Assembly: GCA_035526025.1 (NCBI GenBank)
Contig: DATLDE010000005.1
Span: 32,192-96,191 of the forward strand
Length of the DNA stretch: 64,000 nt
From: Candidatus Limnocylindrales bacterium
GTDB taxonomy: Bacteria; Patescibacteriota; Microgenomatia; Levybacterales; UBA12049
Direction of reading: 5' to 3'
In this document: one piece after another, positions 19,920 to 29,367 of the stretch
Layout: every line of letters begins with the position of its first letter
Numbering within the stretch: the stretch's first letter is position 1
Position numbers and translations under genes: made by a program
Notes under the pieces: generated by a model
The model's database searches: none
What the model saw: only the letters and a program-made list of their open reading frames with translations
Told to the model about the DNA's origin: nothing

Positions 19920-19930
19920 CGCTCAGTATG
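19907..19930. repeat. hairpin (CATACT / AGTATG stem) with loop TCGGCAACGCTC; the loop motif recurs at 45529-45549
   Basis: Exact 14-nt match TCGGCAACGCTCAG to the reverse strand of 45531-45544. Both copies sit inside stems whose sequences differ but stay complementary. Confidence 0.5.
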
Positions 19931-19951
19931 ATCCTGAGTATGATCCTGAGC
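19925..19951. repeat. tandem direct repeat (AGTATGATCCTG) x2 plus a partial third unit
   Basis: 19925-19936 and 19937-19948 are identical 12-mers, followed by AGC. The first unit also forms the 3' strand of the hairpin at 19907-19930. Confidence 0.7.
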
Positions 19952-19963
19952 TTGTCGAATGGA

Positions 19964-21040
19964 TCATCTTATTTCCAGCACTCCTTTATTTCTGGAATTC
20001 CCGGTAATTGATGAAATCATACCTAAAAATATAAAATTCGATAGAAGAGAACTTCCCCCAAATGATACAAAAGGAAAAGTAATACCCACAATAGGCAAAA
20101 TACCCATATTCATAGCGATATTTACAAATCCTTGAATAAGTATAAAACCGAAAGCAACCGCAAGAAATGCTCTGTTGAATATCTCCTCATTTTCCCTAAA
20201 TAGGATATAAATTCTATATACAAGTAGTAAGAAAGCGATAATCACAATACTTGATCCTACAAATCCAAGTCCTTCAGCAATTGTTGCAAAAATAAAATCA
20301 GTATGTCTTTCAGGCAAAAATTTTAAAACAGATTGTGTTCCCTCAGATATTCCTTTTCCTAAAAATCCACCAGATCCAACTGCAATAATCGCCTGGATAC
20401 TGTTATACGAAGTACCCAGCGGATCAGGATTGGCATTTATAAATGTCAAAATTCTTTGTTTTTGATAACCATGCAAAATAGTCCAAATTAATGGAGAAAC
20501 GAGAATTATTGGCAAAGATAAAAGGCCAAACCACAGAAAAGGAAATCCGATAACTATTAACGCGAACATCCCGGCACCTATATACAAAAGCCCACTTCCC
20601 AGATCAGGCTGAAGAGCAATTAAAACAACAATTGGAATCATTAAAATAATTATTTTAATAAACGACGTAAAATTTATTTCCTGCAGATCTTCTATCAAAG
20701 AGGCAAATGATAAGGCCAGGAAAGGCTTAAGAATCTCTGAAAATTGCAATCTGACTCCAAAAATATCTATCCACCGACTAGCGCCTCTCGTTTCTATTCC
20801 GATAAACAATACTATTCCAAAAAGTATTAATGACATAATATATATCGGGATCTTAAACTGTTTTATGAAATCAATATTTGTTTGTGAAAAAAAAAGATAC
20901 GACAATATCCCAATAACCAATGAGAAACTCTGCGTTCTGAAATATCCAAAATTAACAGACAATAAGGTAGCCAATGAAATTGTAATTAGAACTGCAACCG
21001 GCACAAGGAGCCAGAAATCTATATGGAGTTTTGACTTCAT
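19964..21040 (-). CDS. rodA: SEDS-family peptidoglycan glycosyltransferase, RodA-like
   Basis: 358 aa with about 10 TM helices. Has SEDS motifs (RWIDIFGVRLQFSEILKP; ...TDFIFATIAEGLGFVG). A second SEDS paralog (ftsW) sits inside the dcw cluster. ATGA overlap with ileS. Confidence 0.75.
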   Translation of the reverse strand: MKSKLHIDFWLLVPVAVLITISLATLLSVNFGYFRTQSFSLVIGILSYLFFSQTNIDFIKQFKIPIYIMSLILFGIVLFIGIETRGASRWIDIFGVRLQFSEILKPFLALSFASLIEDLQEINFTSFIKIIILMIPIVVLIALQPDLGSGLLYIGAGMFALIVIGFPFLWFGLLSLPIILVSPLIWTILHGYQKQRILTFINANPDPLGTSYNSIQAIIAVGSGGFLGKGISEGTQSVLKFLPERHTDFIFATIAEGLGFVGSSIVIIAFLLLVYRIYILFRENEEIFNRAFLAVAFGFILIQGFVNIAMNMGILPIVGITFPFVSFGGSSLLSNFIFLGMISSITGNSRNKGVLEIR

Positions 21041-23883
21041 TTTATTCTTTTTACTTCAAAAGTACCTTTTGATATTGAGCTCACCAAAGCATTTTTCTTG
21101 ATATAATCTTCGAAACTTACTGGCCATTCTTCAATAATCAGATTTATCTTTTCATCAAGATCTGTGCCTACTTTTTTTCTTTCTTCCTGAACTGCGCGCA
21201 CAATTTCACGAGCTTGTCTTTCAGCTATTAAGCTCTCTGTAAGATTTACGTCAAGTTCCACTTTTGTTTCATTATCTTTGTTTCCATTCGCATATATAAT
21301 TTGCTTAACATTTAACTCATCCATAATGAGGTAATCTAGCTCTGTTCTGAATTTTGCTTCTTTTTTGCCTGGATATATAGTTATTTTTGCCAGTGGCTGC
21401 TTCACTTTAATTTGTTTTTCTTTTCGTTGGGCGAGACCCAGTTCAACAATTTTTCTAATATGCTTCATCTGCTCAACAAGTTCTTGATTCTTGGTTCCTG
21501 GTTCTTGGTTTGCGATGGGCCAATCAGACAAATGCACAGACTCTTCCCCGGTCAAATTTTGATAAATAGACTCTGAAATAAAAGGAGCAATTGGTGCCAA
21601 TAGCTTACAAACAGTTATCAGAACCTCATAAGTCGTTTCATAGAATGCCTGCTTATCATTCTCATCGGTTGCTGAAGGACCTACCCTATCACGGCTTCTT
21701 CTGATATACCAGGTAGAAAAATCAGTCACAAAGTCTTTTATATAATCAATTGCTTCAACTGTGTTATAACTGTCTAAACTTTTAGTAACATTTGAATTTA
21801 AATTACTTAATAAAACCATAATCCAATCATCTAATACATTCTTACTTCTTAATTCTTGTTTCTTAATTCTGTCTTGACTCCACGAGTCAAGATTTGCATA
21901 TGTTACAAAAAAATTATAAGTATTCCATAAAATCAGCATAGTTCCCCGAACTTGATTTCTGTACTGTTCTTCTGAAATTATTATGTCTTCCCCATTCATC
22001 ACAGGACTTCCCAACAGATAAAGTCGCAGAGCATCACCTCCATATTTATCAAGCATTTCTTTCGGATCTGGATAATTTTTGAAATTTTTACTCATTTTCC
22101 GTCCATCTGTCCCGAGAATAACTCCCTCAACCAGCACGTTCTTAAACGCAGGTGCTTCATATAAAGCTGCGCCTATTACATGCAAGACATAAAACCATGC
22201 ACGTATTTGACCAGTGTATTCGGCGATAAAATCAGGCGGAAAAAATTCCTCAAGTTTTTGTGATTTATCAAATGGAAAATGTCTTTCAGCAAAAGATGCA
22301 GAGCCAGCTTCTATCCAACTATCCAAAACCTCAGGCACTCTACTACTTAACTTCTTGCATTTTTTACATTTTACTTTTACTTCATCAATTTCAGGCTTGT
22401 GTAAATCCAGGATTTTCTGACCTGATGCTTCCTCCAGTTCCTGTATAGAACCCGGAACAAATAACTCTCCACAATCACATTCCCAAACAGGAACCGGACT
22501 CCCCCAGTACCGATTTCTTGATATATTCCAGTCAGGCGCATTCTCAAGACTTTTTAAGAATCGGCCTTCTTTAAAATGCTTTGGGAACCAATTAACTGAT
22601 TCATTTGTTTTCTTCATAAGAGGTTTTAAGTCCTGCACATTTACATACCATGCATTAATAGCGGCATAATAAAGCCTTGTATGACAGCGCCAACACAGGG
22701 GAACGCTATGCAAATAATCTTTAGTTTCGTATATCAGCTTACGGGATGTTAAATCGGCATTTACTGCTTTATTGGCTTTTAAGTAATACATTCCTCCAAA
22801 AATTGGCACATCTTCCTTGACTGTACCTTCTTCATCCAAATGAATTTCTATATGAATTTTATTCTCCTGCATTGCCTGAAGATCTTCTATTCCATACGCA
22901 GCCATTGTCACTATTCCTGTTCCCTCATCGGATGTAACAAAGCTTCCAGGAATAATTTCAAAAACTTTTTCTGAATCTTTTACTTTATTTTTATAGTAAT
23001 CGTAATGCGGGACAAATTTTTTCCCAACTAAAGTCGATCCTTTAAATGTATCAACTATTTTATAAGAGTTTTCCTCCCCCAATATTTTCAGTGTTGATTT
23101 TGCTAAAATATAATTTTCACCATTTTGTAAAACTTTTACATAGTCAATTTTCGGATTAAGGGCAAGAGCAGAAGTTGCTATTTTGGACCATGGAGTTGTA
23201 GACCACGCAAGTAAGTATGTACTCTTTTCACCCTCTAATTCATATTTATAGGTGGTAGCTGGATCACTCAATTCTTTATAGTTATCAGAATCCATGGCGA
23301 TCTCAAAATTGGAAACAGGAGTTGAGCAATGAGGACAATAAAGTGAAACTTTAAGACCTTTATAAACAAATCCTTTGTCATACATTTGTTTAAAAACCCA
23401 CATGACAGATTCCATATAATCTTTGTCCCACGTCTTGTAGGCATTTTTAAAATCTGCCCATCTCCCAATTCTATCTATGTACCATTCCCAATCTGCCGAG
23501 ACATCATCAACATATTCCTTACACTTATCGATAAATGTCTTGACCCCTACAACTTCTTCTATATCCCGTTTTCTTTTGATTTCAAGCTCATTCTCTACTT
23601 TATTTTCAATTGGAAGACCATGTCCATCCCAACCCCATACCCGCTCAACTCTATAACCTTTCATTGTCCAATACCTACCAAATAAATCTTTCGGAAGACT
23701 TGAGAGTAATGATCCATAATGAGGCATACCGGTTACAAAAGGAGGACCATCCAGGAAGTTCCATTTTTTTTCTTTGGGGCGACTGCTGACAGACTTTTCA
23801 AATATCTTATTTTTTTTCCAGTATTCTGTAATTTCTTTTTCCAGATCCGGGAAATTAACAGCAGGAGTAACAGGCTTGAACAT
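21037..23883 (-). CDS. ileS: isoleucyl-tRNA synthetase (type 2 / eukaryote-archaeal-like)
   Basis: 948 aa. Has the HIGH-class motif PPFVTGMPHYG, KMSKN (the KMSKS motif), the IleRS-specific WNISRNRYWGSPVPVWEC box and Zn-binding CWRCHT. Confidence 0.85.
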   Translation of the reverse strand: MFKPVTPAVNFPDLEKEITEYWKKNKIFEKSVSSRPKEKKWNFLDGPPFVTGMPHYGSLLSSLPKDLFGRYWTMKGYRVERVWGWDGHGLPIENKVENELEIKRKRDIEEVVGVKTFIDKCKEYVDDVSADWEWYIDRIGRWADFKNAYKTWDKDYMESVMWVFKQMYDKGFVYKGLKVSLYCPHCSTPVSNFEIAMDSDNYKELSDPATTYKYELEGEKSTYLLAWSTTPWSKIATSALALNPKIDYVKVLQNGENYILAKSTLKILGEENSYKIVDTFKGSTLVGKKFVPHYDYYKNKVKDSEKVFEIIPGSFVTSDEGTGIVTMAAYGIEDLQAMQENKIHIEIHLDEEGTVKEDVPIFGGMYYLKANKAVNADLTSRKLIYETKDYLHSVPLCWRCHTRLYYAAINAWYVNVQDLKPLMKKTNESVNWFPKHFKEGRFLKSLENAPDWNISRNRYWGSPVPVWECDCGELFVPGSIQELEEASGQKILDLHKPEIDEVKVKCKKCKKLSSRVPEVLDSWIEAGSASFAERHFPFDKSQKLEEFFPPDFIAEYTGQIRAWFYVLHVIGAALYEAPAFKNVLVEGVILGTDGRKMSKNFKNYPDPKEMLDKYGGDALRLYLLGSPVMNGEDIIISEEQYRNQVRGTMLILWNTYNFFVTYANLDSWSQDRIKKQELRSKNVLDDWIMVLLSNLNSNVTKSLDSYNTVEAIDYIKDFVTDFSTWYIRRSRDRVGPSATDENDKQAFYETTYEVLITVCKLLAPIAPFISESIYQNLTGEESVHLSDWPIANQEPGTKNQELVEQMKHIRKIVELGLAQRKEKQIKVKQPLAKITIYPGKKEAKFRTELDYLIMDELNVKQIIYANGNKDNETKVELDVNLTESLIAERQAREIVRAVQEERKKVGTDLDEKINLIIEEWPVSFEDYIKKNALVSSISKGTFEVKRIK
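21481..21508. repeat. imperfect heptanucleotide tandem repeat (TTCTTGG-like, about 4 units) inside ileS
   Basis: ttcttga ttcttgg ttcctgg ttcttgg, encoding NQEPGTKNQE on the minus strand. The same heptamer is repeated at 53957-53984. Confidence 0.6.
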
Positions 23884-23948
23884 GAATCTAATTCTAGTTC
23901 AAAACAGCATTTAATTCAAGGACTCTGTAAATTTTTATAGATAAAAAT

Positions 23949-24470
23949 TTAATACAAATTTTTGTGAAGAAATCGCGAGAGAGCAAATGCAACACCATGT
24001 TTTACCCCACTTGAGCGGGTTACAAGTCCTTTTGTGAATAATCCAAACATTCCGATGCCACTTCCCACTTTTTTTGTTCCAAAAAGTGAATCAACAGTTT
24101 CCTCCAGATTTTTACCTGTCAGTATTTCCTTCATTATTTTATCAGGCTGTGCAAGACCACCAGATGATCCAATACCTATCTCTCCTTTTTTATTTACTAT
24201 CACGACAATGGACTGCTCGAACCATCCATAGCTATATTTGTGAAGTCCCCCTTCGATCCCGACACCAAACGCAGCACCCTTTATTTTTGTTATAGATCTC
24301 CTCGCTCTATTCAGGGCTCCTTTATACATCTCGTCATTGCTCATAGGCTGATCTTTGACACCGGATGAGACTTCTACACCTATGACTTTTACATTTTTAA
24401 AGTGATGAGAAAAAACTTCCTCAACTGGTGTTATTTTCGTGGGATTGGTTGAACCGACTGCGATTATCAT
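23949..24470 (-). CDS. yjjX: inosine/xanthosine triphosphatase (YjjX/DUF84 non-canonical NTP pyrophosphatase family)
   Basis: 173 aa. MIIAVGSTNPTKI...VSSGVKDQPMSNDEMYKGALNRARR matches the YjjX family pattern. Confidence 0.65.
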   Translation of the reverse strand: MIIAVGSTNPTKITPVEEVFSHHFKNVKVIGVEVSSGVKDQPMSNDEMYKGALNRARRSITKIKGAAFGVGIEGGLHKYSYGWFEQSIVVIVNKKGEIGIGSSGGLAQPDKIMKEILTGKNLEETVDSLFGTKKVGSGIGMFGLFTKGLVTRSSGVKHGVAFALSRFLHKNLY

Positions 24471-24527
24471 AACATAATGAAAACTTTAACAAAGGGGTGG
24501 AGGAAATGCAAGATAAGAGGAAAATGT

Positions 24528-25682
24528 CTAATTCCTCTGTCTTAGGAATGCGGGGATGTCCCAATCGTCTTCTGGGTTTTCATCTTTTTTAGCTTCTTGC
24601 TGCGGAGGTTGCTGCTGTTGCTGAGCAGGTGTTTCTGAGCCATCAGGCTGATTACCTTGGGCTACTACATTTGGCTGGACTACTTCAGGCTCTGACTGCT
24701 GGACAACAAATTGCTGCATTCGCTGCTTGGCTTGGTCAAATCCTGTTGCCACAACTGTGATACGGATTTGGTCATGCATCGTGTCATCAATTGTCGCACC
24801 AAATATGATATTGGCATCAGGATCCGCGGCATTTGAAATAATCTTTGCAGCCTCATCAACCTCTGTCATGGTCAGATCCTGTCCACCGACTATATTGAAG
24901 AGCACTCCTCTTGCTCCATCCATAGATATCTCAAGAAGTGGAGATGATATCGCAGCTCTTGCTGCTGTCTGTGCCCGATTCTCCCCAATTCCTGTCCCGA
25001 TGCCCATAAGAGATGACCCAGCATCTGACATGATCGTACGCACATCGGCAAAATCAACATTTATAAGTCCAGGAAGTGTGATGATCTCTGAAATCCCCTG
25101 AACACCTTGTGTCAGAACCGAATCAGCTACTTTAAAAGCGTCAAGAAGTGACAATTTACGATCCACAACGTCAAGAATTCTCTGATTTGGGATAACGATC
25201 AATGTATCTGCTTTGTCTTTTAGATTCTCAAGACCCTCCTCAGCTGTCACCATACGCCTTGTGCCCTCAAAAAGGAAGGGCTTTGTGACAACTACAACTG
25301 TTAAGGCACCGAGTTCTTTTGCAATTTTGGCAACAATTGGAGTTGCTCCTGTACCAGTGCCTCCTCCCATACCAGCTGTCAAAAATACCATATCAGAGCC
25401 CTCCAGCATGTGTTTTATCTTTTCTTCTGACTCTTCTGCTGCAAGCCTTCCATTTTCCGGATCGCCACCGGAGCCAAGACCTTTTGTAATTGTTTCACCG
25501 ATTTGAACCTTTGTATCTGCTTTATTGAGAAGAAGAGCCTGCGCATCTGTATTGATTGCAACGAAGTCAACGCCTGAGATTGACCCATGCTCAATCATGG
25601 AGCCTATCGCATTACATCCTGCTCCACCAATACCCACAACGCGTATCTTGGCAAAGTTAGTAGATTGAGGTCTTATTAACAT
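24528..25682 (-). CDS. ftsZ: cell division GTPase FtsZ
   Basis: Has the tubulin signature [21 protein letters not shown] and a Q/P-rich C-terminal linker. Confidence 0.97.
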   Translation of the reverse strand: MLIRPQSTNFAKIRVVGIGGAGCNAIGSMIEHGSISGVDFVAINTDAQALLLNKADTKVQIGETITKGLGSGGDPENGRLAAEESEEKIKHMLEGSDMVFLTAGMGGGTGTGATPIVAKIAKELGALTVVVVTKPFLFEGTRRMVTAEEGLENLKDKADTLIVIPNQRILDVVDRKLSLLDAFKVADSVLTQGVQGISEIITLPGLINVDFADVRTIMSDAGSSLMGIGTGIGENRAQTAARAAISSPLLEISMDGARGVLFNIVGGQDLTMTEVDEAAKIISNAADPDANIIFGATIDDTMHDQIRITVVATGFDQAKQRMQQFVVQQSEPEVVQPNVVAQGNQPDGSETPAQQQQQPPQQEAKKDENPEDDWDIPAFLRQRN

Positions 25683-25753
25683 ATATAGTGTGGCTCTTTC
25701 CCAAATCCTACCAGATGTAATTTACAAATGCAATATAGGAAAAAGGTTGACAA

Positions 25754-27052
25754 TTAAGGAATAAATGATTTTATGAGGTTAACAACTCTTTTCATAATTT
25801 TTGAAGCTGCAAAGCCGGATGGCATTTGAACATTAAATTTGAAGTTGGAGGCTTTGGAAGTTGTGTTATGTGCGCCATATTCAATAAGACCGATTGCAGT
25901 TGAAAAAGCAGGATGCTGAACTTCATCAATTATTCCTTTAATGTTGGTTGGTAGGCCAATTCTTACAGGCATTGCAAGTGTTCTTCTGGCTGATTCCTTA
26001 ATTCCTACTGTAAGAGCGCCTCCTCCAGTTAATACAATACCAGCGGGTGTTTGACCTCCAAATCCACTTTTCTTTATTTCAAGTCCGATCATCGCACAAA
26101 TTTCATTAAGACGTGGCTTTATGATCCCATCAACCAAAGTCTTTTGGGAAACTTTCCTTATGTCTTCCTGCAGGTTTAATGAGCTTAGATCAATTTCATC
26201 ACTCGGACGACCGTCTCTTTTCTCATCATCTGATTCATCCATTCTAATACCTGGACGCCTAGCAGGATCTTGAGACAAATATAGCTTTATCTTCTCAGCG
26301 CTTTCTATAGAGAGTCTAAGCCCGATTGCTAGATCATTGGTCACGTGTCTTGCTCCAATAGCTAAGACGCTTGAGTATGCAACTGCTCCCTCAACATATA
26401 TAGAAATATCAGTTGTTCCAGCCCCAATATCAACAAGTATCACTCCCAATTCACGCTCAGTATCAGATAAAACAGCAAGAGAGCTTGCATATCCTGAAAA
26501 TGCAAAACTATCAACATCCACCCCGACCTCAGAAAACGCTTTCTCGAGATTTCTGATCGAGACACTATTTGCGGTTACGATATGAGTATCAACTTCAAGC
26601 CTAGTGCCGGACATCCCAACAGGATCTTTGATCCCTTCCTGCCCATCAACTACAAAACTACGTGGCAGGACATGGATTATCTCACGAGTTGAGGGAATCG
26701 AGACCGCCTTTGCCGCATCAATTACCCGACCCAGATCAGATGACGTTATCTCTCCTTCAGGGGCTGATACAGCGACCACACCACGTGAATTCTGGCATTC
26801 GATTTGTGAACCACCAAGTGACACAAGAACACGACTGGCTGAATACCCGGCCATTCTTTCTGCTGCTTCAAGAGAGGTATTAATAGCTCCTACTGCTTCT
26901 TCTATGTCTACAATTTGACCTTTTCTTATTCCCAAGGACTTTACTTCGGAGGCACCTAATACATTTATGATATTCTCAGTAATTTTGGCGATGACAGTTA
27001 CTACCTTATATGTTCCTACATCTATTCCTACAATTATTTTTCCTTCACTCAT
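25754..27052 (-). CDS. ftsA: cell division protein FtsA (actin-like ATPase)
   Basis: 432 aa. IVGIDVGTYKV has the actin-fold phosphate-1 motif. Lies immediately upstream of ftsZ. Confidence 0.9.
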   Translation of the reverse strand: MSEGKIIVGIDVGTYKVVTVIAKITENIINVLGASEVKSLGIRKGQIVDIEEAVGAINTSLEAAERMAGYSASRVLVSLGGSQIECQNSRGVVAVSAPEGEITSSDLGRVIDAAKAVSIPSTREIIHVLPRSFVVDGQEGIKDPVGMSGTRLEVDTHIVTANSVSIRNLEKAFSEVGVDVDSFAFSGYASSLAVLSDTERELGVILVDIGAGTTDISIYVEGAVAYSSVLAIGARHVTNDLAIGLRLSIESAEKIKLYLSQDPARRPGIRMDESDDEKRDGRPSDEIDLSSLNLQEDIRKVSQKTLVDGIIKPRLNEICAMIGLEIKKSGFGGQTPAGIVLTGGGALTVGIKESARRTLAMPVRIGLPTNIKGIIDEVQHPAFSTAIGLIEYGAHNTTSKASNFKFNVQMPSGFAASKIMKRVVNLIKSFIP

Positions 27053-27056
27053 ATAA

Positions 27057-27488
27057 TTATTGTCTTATGACAGGCTTATCAAAACGCAGATCGAGCTCCT
27101 TAAAGCCCTTACTTTCCATTGTAAGCCTAGTGAGTATAAATTGTAAAGAGGCTAATTGGGTAGGCAAATCCTTATTTGGAGAAAAGATTATTTTCGCTTT
27201 ATCTTTCAGAATCACAATCAGGTTATTATTTGCTACTACTATCTCGTTATAAGAAATATTTTTTTCTTTAAGTAGGCTTTTCAATTCCATAGACCTATCA
27301 TCCTTGTCTGAGGATGAATTCAACTTATAATTAATGGGTAAAGGGCTGATAAATAGGGGTTTATTTGAGAAAGTGAAGTAAATTAGAAGTCCTACTATTA
27401 GAAAAAGAACAAAAAGAACTGCAGACACAATAATTTTAATTGCATTTTTTCGCGAAGTTTTTCTATTTTTATGTTTCGTTTCTGACAT
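27057..27488 (-). CDS. ftsQ: FtsQ/DivIB-like cell division protein (minimal form)
   Basis: 143 aa with a single N-terminal TM helix and a short periplasmic domain ending LASLQFIL...LDLRFDKPVIRQ, like the FtsQ C-terminus. Positioned between murG and ftsA. Confidence 0.5.
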   Translation of the reverse strand: MSETKHKNRKTSRKNAIKIIVSAVLFVLFLIVGLLIYFTFSNKPLFISPLPINYKLNSSSDKDDRSMELKSLLKEKNISYNEIVVANNNLIVILKDKAKIIFSPNKDLPTQLASLQFILTRLTMESKGFKELDLRFDKPVIRQ

Positions 27489-28608
27489 TTTTTATCACTT
27501 CTATTATTTTATCTGCTGCATTAATATCAATCAGCTTTTTCCCCGCTTCAGCATTTTTTATATACATATCAATGTTATCAAACATCTTATCAACAAGTAA
27601 CAACAACTTTTCGGGAGTTAATGAATTTTGTTCTGCAATCTCTGCAATTCCTAAATTCTTAATAAACTCCGCGTTTTTCAATTGCTCCAGGTGCTGACCG
27701 TATGGAAGTGGTATTAAAATCGAAGGTTTTCCAAAATACATAAGTTCAGTTACAGTATTCATGCCTGACCTAGAAATAACTAAATCTGCTTTGTTCAAAA
27801 AATCTGCAACTTTGGATGGATCAATAAATTTATACAAACGATATCCTGATTGCAATTCCGGTGTCATATTTTCTCTTAATTTTACTAATCTCTCAAAATC
27901 CTTATACTCTGATGCTTCACCCACCTGATGAATAACATTATATTTTTCAAGCAACTTTTCGATACAACCCTCGATTAACACATTTATTGCGTGCGACCCG
28001 GAGCTTCCTCCTGTTATATAAATAGTTTTCTCATATGATTTATCTTGTGGGCCATTTTTTTTATAACTATCAGTTCTCATATCTCCAACTTCAAATTCTT
28101 TTCTCAAAGGATTACCCGTAATAACCGTTTTACTTTCTGGAAAAAATTTCCCGGATTGTTCCCAGGAAATACATATTTTTTTTGCTAAATTCGCAACCAT
28201 CTTGTTTGCAATACCAGCCTCAAGCGTCTGCTCATGAATTACGATGGGAATTCTCAGAATGGATGCTGACAATGTTATGGGTACAGATACATAACCCCCA
28301 AAAGACAACACAACATCAGGCTTAAATCTTGTCAAGATATTTGTGGCCTGTGCAAGTCCTACAGGAATTTTTAAAAGAGAGTTGATTGTGTAACGTGTGA
28401 ATTTCCTCTGAAGTCGGCCAGTCGTAAGAGGCTGAAAAGGAATGTTCAACTTTTTTGCAGTCTGATACTCAAGAGAAAATGATTGATCCCCTTCAAAGAC
28501 ATATTTTCGCCCGACCACCAATACTTCCCAATCTTTTGGCAATTTTTCAATGACCGCTAGAGCTGGCGCAAAATGCCCTCCTCCCCCTGCGACAATAATA
28601 AGTTTCAT
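27469..28608 (-). CDS. murG: undecaprenyldiphospho-muramoylpentapeptide beta-N-acetylglucosaminyltransferase MurG
   Basis: MKLIIVAGGGGHFAPALAV is the MurG N-terminal G-loop. Has the GT28 C-terminal domain and sits in the dcw context. Confidence 0.9.
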   Translation of the reverse strand: MKLIIVAGGGGHFAPALAVIEKLPKDWEVLVVGRKYVFEGDQSFSLEYQTAKKLNIPFQPLTTGRLQRKFTRYTINSLLKIPVGLAQATNILTRFKPDVVLSFGGYVSVPITLSASILRIPIVIHEQTLEAGIANKMVANLAKKICISWEQSGKFFPESKTVITGNPLRKEFEVGDMRTDSYKKNGPQDKSYEKTIYITGGSSGSHAINVLIEGCIEKLLEKYNVIHQVGEASEYKDFERLVKLRENMTPELQSGYRLYKFIDPSKVADFLNKADLVISRSGMNTVTELMYFGKPSILIPLPYGQHLEQLKNAEFIKNLGIAEIAEQNSLTPEKLLLLVDKMFDNIDMYIKNAEAGKKLIDINAADKIIEVIKNVRNET

Positions 28609-29333
28609 ATTTTATTTCTGAACCAATCTATTAAAATATTTGTGACCTTATTTCTAAATATTCCTTCTTTAATGCTATGCGGAGCATCATTTATAACAAC
28701 ATGGGTTAGTTTATTCTTATCTTTTATAGCATCTATGTAATTTTGAGTGGATTCATGGGGAACAATAATGTCTTTTTCTGATTCGATTACTAAAACATCT
28801 CCTCGGTAATTATTAATTGCCTGTAAAGCAAAAGTGTCTGCAGGCTTTTTAACTAACTTTCTCCAAGCAACTATTTCTGGGTTTTCACTTCCACTGAATA
28901 AATATTTAGATTTATGAAAATCTTCATTTGGATAATCTGCTGGCGCACGAAGAACAAGATTCCTAATCTTCTTTTTTGTTGAGAGAATCGAGATAAGATA
29001 TCCACCAAAACTTGATCCGATTACACTTATATTCTCGCTGTCTACTAGATCTACCCCCACCAAATGATCATACGCAGCCAAAACATCATTTGAAAACTCT
29101 TTGATCGTGAACTTCTTAATATCTCCTTCACTCTCCCCATGTCCACGCATATCAAATAGCATGCATACAAAACCAAGTTTGGATAATGCTTCTGCATATT
29201 GAAAGCTATTTTTCATATTACCTGTCCACCCATGCACAAAAAAAATTGCGGAATTTTTTTCTTTGGGTTTATCCGGATAAAATATAGTTCCGGCCAAATT
29301 ATATCCATCTACTTTAAATGAGAGCTTCTGCAT
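28605..29333 (-). CDS. alpha/beta-fold hydrolase inserted between ftsW and murG
   Basis: 242 aa. Has HGWTGN (oxyanion region), DMRGHGESEG, a nucleophile elbow GSSFGG and a C-terminal His region (PHSIKEG). Confidence 0.7.
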   Translation of the reverse strand: MQKLSFKVDGYNLAGTIFYPDKPKEKNSAIFFVHGWTGNMKNSFQYAEALSKLGFVCMLFDMRGHGESEGDIKKFTIKEFSNDVLAAYDHLVGVDLVDSENISVIGSSFGGYLISILSTKKKIRNLVLRAPADYPNEDFHKSKYLFSGSENPEIVAWRKLVKKPADTFALQAINNYRGDVLVIESEKDIIVPHESTQNYIDAIKDKNKLTHVVINDAPHSIKEGIFRNKVTNILIDWFRNKI

Positions 29334-29367
29334 TAAGTAATTATATCAAAACTCGGAGGTTAATTAA

